From positions 1-36,402 of the forward strand of contig JASFGF010000001.1 of assembly GCA_050123915.1 (NCBI GenBank): 36,402 nt of DNA, written 5' to 3'. Positions 27,740-35,241 of this stretch are shown here, one piece after another. Numbering within the stretch: position 1 is the first letter of the stretch; the number at the start of each line of letters is the position of its first letter. Below the pieces are notes generated by a model that was not told where the DNA came from, made no database searches, and was given only the letters and a program-made list of their open reading frames with translations. The stretch is from Desulfobacterales bacterium (GTDB lineage: Bacteria > Desulfobacterota > Desulfobacteria > Desulfobacterales > UBA11574). The position numbers were made by a program, and so were the translations under genes.

Positions 27740-28090
27740 CTATCCTTTCTTTAAGGATTTTGATTTAAAAATATCATTGAACACGCTGTCGTCAGCCATC
27801 AGACACTCTTTTTTCAAAAGCCGGTATTTTTCCAAAAGCGCTTTCCCTTCTTTGGTCAAACGGCTTCCCGTTTTTTTATCTGAATGAAGAATTTTGGCAT
27901 TTAAATGTTTTTCCGTGTACTTAATTTTACTCCAAACCGCTTTGTAAGACATTTTCATTGTTTTTGCCGCCTGATTAATAGATCCCGTACTTTCAACATG
28001 TTCCAGGATTTTCATTCTTCCTTCGCCGATAACGATATTGTCATTTTGATCGACAACCCAATGGCTCGATTTTAGTTTTAATTTTACCAT
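27740..28090 (-). CDS. ModE N-terminal-domain-like winged-helix regulator (no Mop/molybdate-binding domains)
   Basis: Pattern IGEGRMKILEHVESTGSINQAAKTMKMSYKAVWSKI ... GSRLTKEGKALLEKY, typical of the ModE DNA-binding domain. It is only 116 aa. Confidence 0.65.
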   Translation of the reverse strand: MVKLKLKSSHWVVDQNDNIVIGEGRMKILEHVESTGSINQAAKTMKMSYKAVWSKIKYTEKHLNAKILHSDKKTGSRLTKEGKALLEKYRLLKKECLMADDSVFNDIFKSKSLKKG

Positions 28091-28172
28091 GATTCCTTAC
28101 CGAATAAATATGGATTTCTAATCAGGCAACATGATTCACGGCAGAAAAATTGCCCGATCGTCTTATTTTTTA

Positions 28173-28368
28173 TAGAAGCCATCTCAAAATAAAGATTTTG
28201 GTTCAAGATCCCCCGCTAAAACCCGGCGGGATAAAAAGGCGGCGTCGAGTTTTAACCCACCCCGTTTATTGTCGGGATCTTCGACACGCATACTCAAGTA
28301 TGTCGAGGATTTAAACCGAGGCACCAACGCCGAGATTGGGCCAAAAGAATATTTTGAGATCGCTTCTA
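28173..28368. repeat. inverted-repeat hairpin element, copy B (longest) of the intergenic repeat family
   Basis: Left arm tagaagccatctcaaaataaagattttgg (28173-28201). The reverse complement of the right arm is tagaagcgatctcaaaatattcttttgg. There are internal sub-hairpins (agatccc/gggatct; tcgaca..atac/gtatgtcga). It lies between the OmpR regulator stop and the modE-like start. Confidence 0.75.
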
Positions 28369-28406
28369 ATTATTTTGTCATAAAAAGTAAAACTTTTCCC
28401 AGGCAC

Positions 28407-29111
28407 CTAACGGGTCTGAAACTTATACCCCACTCCGGCCACTGTAACAATATATTTCGGTGTTTCGACTTCAGATTCTATTTTTTTTCTGAGTCGCTGA
28501 ACATGAACATCAACTGCACGGCTGGTCTGATACAGCTGGGAATCACGCCATATCTGCTTCTGAATGAATTCTCTGGAGAGGACTTCATCAGGATAAGAAA
28601 CAAAGAGCTCCAGCAATTCATATTCAGTTTTGGTCAATTTAACACGCTTTCCGAAGATGGTAACACTTCTCGATTTAAAATTTATGGATAGATTATTATA
28701 CTCGTATAAATTCTTTACCAGGCTTCTTTCCACTCTTTTAAATATAGACTTGATTCTGGCCGAAAGTTCTAAAAAATTAAACGGCTTGACCATGTAATCA
28801 TCCGCACCGCATTCAAGCCCCAGCACCTTGTCCGCAACGCCGTCTCGAGCGGTGAGCATAATAATCGGAAAATCGAATTCCCTTCGCATGATCTCACAGG
28901 CCTTGATCCCGTCGATATCCGGCAAATTCAAATCAAGAATTACAAGGTCCGGCCGGCTGGTTTTTGCAATATGAAGGCCGATTTTCCCGTTAAATGCAGT
29001 CAGCACCTCATAGCCGTCAAGTTCCAGATTCCCTTTGATGGTCTGAACAATATCTTTGTCATCATCCACAATTAGAATACGGTATCTGTTTTTTGGGATC
29101 CCATCTGCCAT
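28407..29111 (-). CDS. OmpR/PhoB-family response regulator
   Basis: Receiver domain (RILIVDDDKDIV ... DLVILDLNLPDIDG ... IIMLTA) and a winged-helix output domain (LTKTEYELLELFVSYPDEVLSRE ... VDVHVQRLRKKI). The start is taken at the ATG at 29111 (MADGIPKNRYRILIVDDD). The track N-terminal extension to 29204 looks spurious. Confidence 0.9.
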   Translation of the reverse strand: MADGIPKNRYRILIVDDDKDIVQTIKGNLELDGYEVLTAFNGKIGLHIAKTSRPDLVILDLNLPDIDGIKACEIMRREFDFPIIMLTARDGVADKVLGLECGADDYMVKPFNFLELSARIKSIFKRVERSLVKNLYEYNNLSINFKSRSVTIFGKRVKLTKTEYELLELFVSYPDEVLSREFIQKQIWRDSQLYQTSRAVDVHVQRLRKKIESEVETPKYIVTVAGVGYKFQTR

Positions 29112-29470
29112 GGCGCTTAACCTGTCCCTATTCTTCGGTGGAAAACAACACTGAACATCCGCCAAAGAGACTCCTTGTATTTCATAATAACATATAATTG
29201 ACATCCATTTTCTTGGGGTGCAAGAATTTTCTTGTCACTCCATAAAATCGTAACACTTTTGACATGAAACACACGTCATTTTACATCGTCTGTAAAACAA
29301 TGCCAAACAAGACAACACCTTATCTTTATTTAAACCCGATGAATTTGACTCTGTGTATCAAATAAAGTAAGATTGTTTTGCAATTTGGATGTTTACGTTC
29401 TCCATGTATCTTGCCGTCATAAACACACAAATAACCAGCAACGATTAACCCGATATGCGAGGTCTAACTA

Positions 29471-31078
29471 GTGAAAAAATTACACCTTTCGCTTCAGATT
29501 AAATTTCTTTTGAGTATCATTCTGATTATTGTTCCGGTCCTTGGTATTATTTTTACCTGGGCTGGTATCCAGAATGAACAACAGGCCAAAGAACAAGTCT
29601 TGACCCAAGCGAGGGTACTGTCCAGGCAGGTTATTTTAACACGGCAGTGGATCACCGACTGCGGCGGTGTCATGGTACCTTTAGAGAGCAAAGGCGCAAA
29701 AAATACAACTTTTTTTATCGACGACAGGCTTCAAACTTCCAGAGGATGGTATCAGCATTTTACCCCTGCAATGGTAACAAGAAAGCTGTCCCAGTATTCT
29801 TTGCAGCAGGACCTGTATGGATTTCGCCTTGCCAGTTTGACGCCGTTGAATCCGTCGAACACGCCGGATAGCTTTGAAAAAAAAGCATTGAATAGCTTTA
29901 AACAACAAAAGTTGGACGAATTGTTCCGGTTCGAAAAACGCGGCGGGAAGCACTATTTTCAGTATATGGTGCCACTCTATATGGAAAAGGGATGTCTTAA
30001 ATGCCACAAAGCAAAAGAAAACGCTCCAAATGCCGTAAGGGGGGGGTTGAGCATTTTTTTGCCGGTAGACCAGATGAGCCTGTCCATTAAAAACAACCAC
30101 CTTAAACTGTTTCTTTATGGCACTTCTCTTATTCTCCTGACCATCTTTACCCTTTTTATTCTCATGCGTCGTGTGGTGATAAAACCACTTTATGAATTAG
30201 AAAAGATGACCAGCGAAATTGGTCGAGGCAATCTGAATGCACGGGTACATATTAATACTGGAGATGAATTCGAAAAACTGGGATTGGCCTTTAACCACAT
30301 GGCCTTAAGACTTTCAAAAGGACGTGAATCTCTGGAAGAAAAGATTGCCCAGGCAACGCGTGAGCTTTCCGAAGCCAACCAAGAGTTGAAAACGCTGGAT
30401 CAACTCAAGTCCGATTTTCTGGCCAACATGTCTCATGAGCTTCGATCCCCGTTGACGGTGATACGGGGAGGAATCGACTACCTCAATCGAAAGATTCAAA
30501 TAGAAGACAATCGAAATTACCTGAACATCATCGACAAAAATCTTACCCGGCTTATTCACCTGGTCTCCGATATGTTCGATTTCACAAAGATCGAAGCTAA
30601 AAAGATCGATTGGTCTTTTGAGCATGAAAATTTAACCCTGTTGATTGATGAAGTAACTGAAATCATACGCCCCTTGGCCATGGAGAAAAAAATCGAACTT
30701 ATCTATGAAAATCCTGGTGATATTTTTGTCGAGTTTGATCTGGAACGTATCGAACAGGTCCTGGTGAATCTCATTGAAAATGCCATTAAATTTTCTGACC
30801 ACAAAACAAAAATACATATAAACCTTCAACAAGACTCGGAATCGGTGACCGTTTCGATCAAAGACCAGGGAATCGGTATTCCTGAAAAAAATATTGAAAC
30901 CATATTCGATAAATTCTCAACGGCTCCGTCCGGAAGAGAAGGCAAAACCGAAGGAACGGGTCTGGGACTGGCCATTTGCAAAGCCATTGTGGAGGCTCAC
31001 GGCGGCAAAATCTGGACGGAAAGCATCAGCGGCGTTTCAAGCACGTTTTATTTCACGCTTCCTAAAAATAGGCCATAA
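29471..31078 (+). CDS. sensor histidine kinase with periplasmic DUF3365 (Tll0287-like, c-type haem) domain, HAMP, HisKA, HATPase_c
   Basis: GTG start. The periplasmic domain ends in the single CxxCH motif (MEKGCLKCHKAKENAPNAVRGGLSIFLP) and has the upstream LTPLNPSNTPDSFEKKAL pattern typical of DUF3365. H-box MSHELRSPLTVI; G-boxes IKDQGIGIP and GTGLGLAICK. Confidence 0.85.
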   Translation: MKKLHLSLQIKFLLSIILIIVPVLGIIFTWAGIQNEQQAKEQVLTQARVLSRQVILTRQWITDCGGVMVPLESKGAKNTTFFIDDRLQTSRGWYQHFTPAMVTRKLSQYSLQQDLYGFRLASLTPLNPSNTPDSFEKKALNSFKQQKLDELFRFEKRGGKHYFQYMVPLYMEKGCLKCHKAKENAPNAVRGGLSIFLPVDQMSLSIKNNHLKLFLYGTSLILLTIFTLFILMRRVVIKPLYELEKMTSEIGRGNLNARVHINTGDEFEKLGLAFNHMALRLSKGRESLEEKIAQATRELSEANQELKTLDQLKSDFLANMSHELRSPLTVIRGGIDYLNRKIQIEDNRNYLNIIDKNLTRLIHLVSDMFDFTKIEAKKIDWSFEHENLTLLIDEVTEIIRPLAMEKKIELIYENPGDIFVEFDLERIEQVLVNLIENAIKFSDHKTKIHINLQQDSESVTVSIKDQGIGIPEKNIETIFDKFSTAPSGREGKTEGTGLGLAICKAIVEAHGGKIWTESISGVSSTFYFTLPKNRP

Positions 31079-31102
31079 AAAATTATTCGCGGAGGATAAT
31101 AG

Positions 31103-31561
31103 ATGTTTCAAAAAAAAGATTGGAAAATATCTTTTGTCGTAATTCTTTTGATTGTACTGCTGGGCGGTTACTATGAAAAATTGGGTGTTGAAGCTCGTAC
31201 AATGGCATTGCCGTTGGCAATTTTTATTGCCGCAGGAATGATAATTGCGCGTTTAAAAAAACTCGAATATGAAACAACAACCGCCAAAGTAAATGCAAAA
31301 GAGGCGATCGTTCAAAATTTCAGTGTTATCGACAGCCACGGGAAACAACGCGTTGCTATTTCAACAACTGCCGATACCGCGCTCATGCATTTTTTTGATG
31401 AGCAAGACACGCCCTGTGCAACGTTGGATGTATTAAATACCGGACCGATTCTCAAACTGGTGGGGAGCAAGGGGAGTGTTTCCATTGCTTTTGATAAAGA
31501 AGGCCGTCCGAATTTGACTTTAAAAGATGATATGGACAAAATTGTCTGGTCAGCCGAGTAA
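31103..31561 (+). CDS. hypothetical membrane protein (two TM helices plus a beta-rich C-terminal domain)
   Basis: The ORF begins 24 nt after the kinase stop. Hydrophobic segments are ISFVVILLIVLLGGY and ALPLAIFIAAGMIIA. I recognise no family. Confidence 0.5.
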   Translation: MFQKKDWKISFVVILLIVLLGGYYEKLGVEARTMALPLAIFIAAGMIIARLKKLEYETTTAKVNAKEAIVQNFSVIDSHGKQRVAISTTADTALMHFFDEQDTPCATLDVLNTGPILKLVGSKGSVSIAFDKEGRPNLTLKDDMDKIVWSAE

Positions 31562-31599
31562 AAACGAAAATTATTGGAGAATAACCAAGGAGAGACTTG

Positions 31600-32112
31600 A
31601 TGGATATGGAAATATTTGAGACCATGAAGGCATCGGAGCTGAAAAAATATCTAAAATTTCTTCTTTGGCATTACCGTGTTGTTGATGCATTCTGGTTTAT
31701 CTATTTAACCGAACAATTTGATCAACAGACCGCCGAACACATCAACGAGAGGGTGTGGGACCGTGTATCAGCAATGGCCGCTAAAGATCTTGTGGAACGA
31801 TTTCAAATTCAGGAAAAGGGGCTTAAAGGATTTGTCAAGGCCCAAAAACTTTTCCCCTGGTGTATTCTTGTGGGATACCGGATTCAGGAATCCGACAACG
31901 AAGTGACCATTTCCGTTCCCTCCTGCCCAACCCAGGAAGCCAGACTCAAGCGAGGTTTGGGTGAATATGTCTGCAAAGAAATGCATCGAAAAGAATTTAG
32001 CAGTTTTGCCCGGGTGATTGATGACCGCATAAGGGTTGAGTGCCTTTTCGCCCCTCCGGACCCTCATCCAGAAGATATGTTTTGCAAGTGGAGATTCTTT
32101 CTAGAACCCTAA
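31600..32112 (+). CDS. hypothetical Cys-containing protein (possibly DUF6125 / ATC-hydrolase-like; low-confidence family guess)
   Basis: The ATG at 31600 has AAGGAGAG 5 nt upstream. The C-terminal pattern is [22 protein letters not shown]...[27 protein letters not shown]. Confidence 0.55.
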   Translation: MDMEIFETMKASELKKYLKFLLWHYRVVDAFWFIYLTEQFDQQTAEHINERVWDRVSAMAAKDLVERFQIQEKGLKGFVKAQKLFPWCILVGYRIQESDNEVTISVPSCPTQEARLKRGLGEYVCKEMHRKEFSSFARVIDDRIRVECLFAPPDPHPEDMFCKWRFFLEP

Positions 32113-32148
32113 ATCCTTAAATTGAAACATTTATGACAAGGAGGCGTT

Positions 32149-32469
32149 ATGTATTTACCAAAGACATATGAAGACTTTATAAAAAAATTCCCAAACGTTT
32201 TTGAGGATTATCAACAATTGGGTAAATCATGCCGAAAACAGGGGCCTCTGGATGAAAAATGCCAGGATCTCGTAAAGCTGGGTATTGCCATCGGCGCCAA
32301 CTCCAGGGGTGCGGTCATGTCTTCCATCCGAAAGGCTTTGGCGTCCGGGGCAACCCCCGACGAGATTCTCCAGGCGGTGTTATTGTCCTTAACCACAACA
32401 GGATTTCCAAACATGATTGCCGCAATGGGGTGGGCCAACGAAGTCCTCGAAAAACAGATTAAGGCATAA
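32149..32469 (+). CDS. carboxymuconolactone decarboxylase (AhpD-like) family protein
   Basis: 106 aa and helical, with KLGIAIGANSRGAVMSSIRKALASGATPDEILQAVLLSLTTTGFPNMIAAMGWA, typical of short CMD-family proteins. It lacks an obvious CxxC. Confidence 0.65.
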   Translation: MYLPKTYEDFIKKFPNVFEDYQQLGKSCRKQGPLDEKCQDLVKLGIAIGANSRGAVMSSIRKALASGATPDEILQAVLLSLTTTGFPNMIAAMGWANEVLEKQIKA

Positions 32470-32521
32470 TGTCTTTATATAACAATGAATATCACACAGC
32501 ATCTGTGGGTTATAACGTTGG

Positions 32522-33208
32522 TTACTGCAGTTTTCCATGCTCCCCCAGATCTTCCAGGCCGTTAAGGTTTTTTAATATTATATTCCGACCACTGGTATCG
32601 ATCAATTGCTGCTGATTCATTTTCGTCAGAATCCGTGACAGGGTTTCAGGAATGGTGCCTAGAAGGCTTGCCAGTTGACCTTTAGAAATGTTTAACGTGA
32701 CCTTATCGGTTCGACCCTGTTCCCGGCTCAAATATACCAGGTATGAAGCAAGCCGACCCGGAACTTCCTTTAAGGAAAGATTTTCGATCTGCACGGTAAA
32801 TTGACGGAGCCGCATGGAAAGTACGCCAAGCATGTTCAGCGCAAGCGAAGGATTTTTGGATATCAGGTCAACAAACGCTGTTCTCGGAAAAAACAGCAGA
32901 TGGCTCTTTAGAAGGGTTTGGGCATTGGCTGGAAATTTTTTTCCGGCAAAAACCGGAACTTCGCCAAAAGGATTACCGGGTCCATAAATATGGAGAATCT
33001 GCTCTTTGCCATCAAATGAAACTTTATAAATTTTTACTTTACCGTCAGCAACAATATAAAAACCATTGCAGTCGTCGCCTTCTAAAAATATCGTCTTCCC
33101 CTTGTTGTAAAACTTGTCCAACGCAATCTGTCGAACGTCGTTCAACTGCTCCTCGGGTAAACCGTTGAAAAGGGGAGCGTCTGAAATAATTTGTAGAATT
33201 TTTTCCAT
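32522..33208 (-). CDS. Crp/Fnr-family transcriptional regulator, HcpR-like by position (divergent from hcp)
   Basis: N-terminal cNMP-type beta-barrel (YNKGKTIFLEGDDCNGFYIVADGKVKIY ... FGEV). C-terminal HTH with recognition helix LGTIPETLSRILTKM. There is no FNR-type N-terminal Cys cluster. Confidence 0.8.
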   Translation of the reverse strand: MEKILQIISDAPLFNGLPEEQLNDVRQIALDKFYNKGKTIFLEGDDCNGFYIVADGKVKIYKVSFDGKEQILHIYGPGNPFGEVPVFAGKKFPANAQTLLKSHLLFFPRTAFVDLISKNPSLALNMLGVLSMRLRQFTVQIENLSLKEVPGRLASYLVYLSREQGRTDKVTLNISKGQLASLLGTIPETLSRILTKMNQQQLIDTSGRNIILKNLNGLEDLGEHGKLQ

Positions 33209-33242
33209 TATTTTCTCTTTTTTTAAAAATTATCACGCTTTT

Positions 33243-33256
33243 TTGACTTAAGTCAA
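33243..33256. promoter_or_regulatory. perfect CRP/FNR-type palindrome TTGACTTAAGTCAA (candidate HcpR operator) with a downstream -10
   Basis: TTGAC-N4-GTCAA is a perfect 5-4-5 dyad. TATGAT at 33279-33284 places the dyad centre near -41.5 of a plus-strand start at about 33291. The dyad centre also lies about 41 bp upstream of the regulator ATG (33208). Confidence 0.5.
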
Positions 33257-33344
33257 GGCGGTCAATAAATTCATTATATATGATACGATTCAACAGCCGG
33301 AGAAAAATATTTATCCGGCAATAACACAAACAATAGTTTAACTG

Positions 33345-33485
33345 GTGTCCATCCATAAATGAGGATTTTTGTTCGAGATCAAGGCATGCGAGAAAAATAA
33401 CCGCAGGCATATGTTTAATATTCCGAGGATTATTTTTTGAGCATAACTCAGAGATCGGGCAAAAAGACCATTTATGGATGGACAC
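33345..33485. repeat. inverted-repeat hairpin element, copy D of the intergenic repeat family, inside the hcp upstream region
   Basis: gtgtccatccataaatg (33345-33361) is exactly complementary to catttatggatggacac (33469-33485), 17/17. The helix continues imperfectly (tttttgttcg / cgggcaaaaa). The internal gatttttgttcgagatcaaggc matches copy A (gattttggttcaaaatcaaggc). Confidence 0.75.
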
Positions 33486-33521
33486 TGCCTAACCATTTGG
33501 CTGAAAATAAGGAGGCACATT

Positions 33522-35150
33522 ATGTTTTGTTTTCAATGTGAACAAACGGCAAAAGGCGAAGGGTGTACAAAAATCGGCGTATGCGGAAAACAGCCGGAAG
33601 TCGCCGCCCTTCAGGATCTTTTGGTTTATGCGGTAAAGGGACTGGCTCAGGTAGCCCTTGAAGGTCGAAACGTCGGCATTAAGGATGCTGCCATCGACCA
33701 TTTTACCTGTGAGGCGATATTTTCCACGTTGACCAATGTCGATTTTGATCCTGATCGATTCGTGGAACTCATCCACAAAACCACAAATTTAAGAGATGAA
33801 CTCAAGGCAAAAGTATCGGCAGCCGGAGGAAAGAGCGATTTTTCGGAAGGACCGGCCAACTTCACACCCGAGGCAACCCAAGAAGGCCTTGTCGCCCAGG
33901 GAGAAAAGGTCGGGGTAAAATCTGATCCTGATATTGATCCTGACATTCTTTCGTTACAGCAGCTTTTGATATACGGCATCAAGGGAGTGGCCGCCTATGC
34001 GGATCATGCAAAGATCCTTGGAAAAACCGATGAAAGAATTTTTGATTTTATCCATGACGCCATGGCGGCTACGTTGAACAAGAATCTCAGCGCCGACGAT
34101 TATGTTGGACTTGTTTTCAAATGCGGTGAAATCAACCTCATCGCCATGGAAATTCTGGATGCGGCAAATACCGAGGCATACGGACATCCGGTCCCGACAT
34201 CCGTTCCCCTGGGTGCTAAAAAAGGCAAGGCCATTCTGGTTTCAGGGCATGATTTAAAAGACCTGGAAGACATCCTGAAGCAAACTCAGGGAAAAGGAAT
34301 TAATGTTTATACTCACGGTGAGATGCTCCCCTGCCATGGATATCCTGAGTTGAAAAAATACGATCACTTTTATGGTCATTACGGCACGGCCTGGCAGAAT
34401 CAGGCCAAAGAGTTTGATGCGTTTCCGGGAGCAATTCTAATGACCACCAACTGCATCCAGAAACCCAGAGATTCATATAAAGACAACATTTTCACCACCG
34501 GTCTGGTGGGCTGGCCCGGCGTCACCCATATTGCCGGCAAAAACTTTGCTCCCGTGATTGAAAAGGCGTTGGAATTGCCTGGATTTACGGAAGATACCCA
34601 AGGAAAATCGGTGATGGTCGGATTTGCCAGAAATGCGGTCATGGGTGTTGCGGGCACGGTGATCGAAGCGGTGAAGAACAAAGCCATCCGTCATTTTTTC
34701 CTGGTGGGCGGATGCGACGGCGCCAAGGCCGGACGAAATTACTACACGGAATTTGTGGAAAAAGTACCTGAAGATTGTGTGGTCCTGACCCTTGCCTGCG
34801 GTAAGTTCCGCTTTTTCGACAAGGATCTTGGAGATATCGGCGGGATTCCGAGACTTCTCGACGTCGGCCAGTGCAACGACGCCTATTCTGCTGTTCAAAT
34901 TGCATCGGCATTGGCCAACGCTTTTGAATGCGAGGTGAACGATCTTCCCTTGTCCATGATTCTGTCATGGTATGAACAAAAAGCCTGTGCGATTCTGCTG
35001 AGCCTTCTGTCTTTGGGGATTAAAGATATTCGACTGGGCCCGAGTCTGCCGGCGTTTGTTTCGCCGAATATTCTCAATGTTCTGGTGGAAAAGTTCAATA
35101 TTATGCCCATACAGACACCGGATGAAGATCTGAAGGCGATTTTGGGATAA
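33522..35150 (+). CDS. hcp: hybrid-cluster protein (hydroxylamine reductase / NO-detoxifying Hcp)
   Basis: N-terminal CX2CX8CX5C motif MFCFQCEQTAKGEGCTKIGVCGK. Length 542 aa. GGAGG (33511-33515) lies 6 nt upstream of the ATG at 33522. The track start at 33474 falls inside repeat D and is rejected. Confidence 0.95.
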   Translation: MFCFQCEQTAKGEGCTKIGVCGKQPEVAALQDLLVYAVKGLAQVALEGRNVGIKDAAIDHFTCEAIFSTLTNVDFDPDRFVELIHKTTNLRDELKAKVSAAGGKSDFSEGPANFTPEATQEGLVAQGEKVGVKSDPDIDPDILSLQQLLIYGIKGVAAYADHAKILGKTDERIFDFIHDAMAATLNKNLSADDYVGLVFKCGEINLIAMEILDAANTEAYGHPVPTSVPLGAKKGKAILVSGHDLKDLEDILKQTQGKGINVYTHGEMLPCHGYPELKKYDHFYGHYGTAWQNQAKEFDAFPGAILMTTNCIQKPRDSYKDNIFTTGLVGWPGVTHIAGKNFAPVIEKALELPGFTEDTQGKSVMVGFARNAVMGVAGTVIEAVKNKAIRHFFLVGGCDGAKAGRNYYTEFVEKVPEDCVVLTLACGKFRFFDKDLGDIGGIPRLLDVGQCNDAYSAVQIASALANAFECEVNDLPLSMILSWYEQKACAILLSLLSLGIKDIRLGPSLPAFVSPNILNVLVEKFNIMPIQTPDEDLKAILG

Positions 35151-35160
35151 TTCTTTCTCG

Positions 35161-35203
35161 ACAGGATTCACAAGATGATTAAAGTATGTCTTGTGAATCC
35201 TGT
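35161..35203 (+). other. perfect 15-bp stem-loop between hcp and the HD-domain gene
   Basis: acaggattcacaaga (35161-35175) pairs with tcttgtgaatcctgt (35189-35203) around a 13-nt loop. No U tract follows; the sequence after it is taatcctgtcaaaaaaa. aatcctgt is duplicated, which gives an alternative shorter pairing with 35160-35168. Confidence 0.6.
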
Positions 35204-35241
35204 TAATCCTGTCAAAAAAAGTTTATTATAGGAGGAAAAAA

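Noticed and set aside
28173-28368. Possibility that copy B is a Moco riboswitch, since it precedes the modE-like and mobB genes.
   Set aside because: I could not find the conserved Moco-motif core. The same element family also occurs next to pilus-regulator, potassium-channel and hcp genes, which argues against a molybdenum-cofactor-specific RNA.
28269-28691. A 140-aa plus-strand ORF.
   Set aside because: It starts inside hairpin-repeat copy B and then runs antisense through the 3' end of the well-supported OmpR regulator gene.
28407-29204. N-terminal extensions proposed by the ORF track for the OmpR regulator (to 29204), the octahaem cytochrome (to 26455) and serS (to 14198).
   Set aside because: Internal ATGs at 29111, 26410 and 14186 give canonical N-termini and better SD spacing. 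The extra residues match nothing.
1291-33485. Calling the hairpin repeats active MITEs.
   Set aside because: There is no flanking direct duplication (the flanks are ta/at, ata/aaa and ctg/tgc). No transposase lies in the window. The copies are far too diverged for recent mobilisation. I therefore keep the neutral description of an inverted-repeat family.
33045-33520. Minus-strand ORFs 33045-33485 and 33338-33520 in the hcpR-hcp spacer, and the track start of hcp at 33474.
   Set aside because: They overlap the regulator gene out of frame or translate repeat copy D. The hcp N-terminal Cys motif begins at the ATG at 33522, which has a GGAGG SD, so the upstream extension is spurious.
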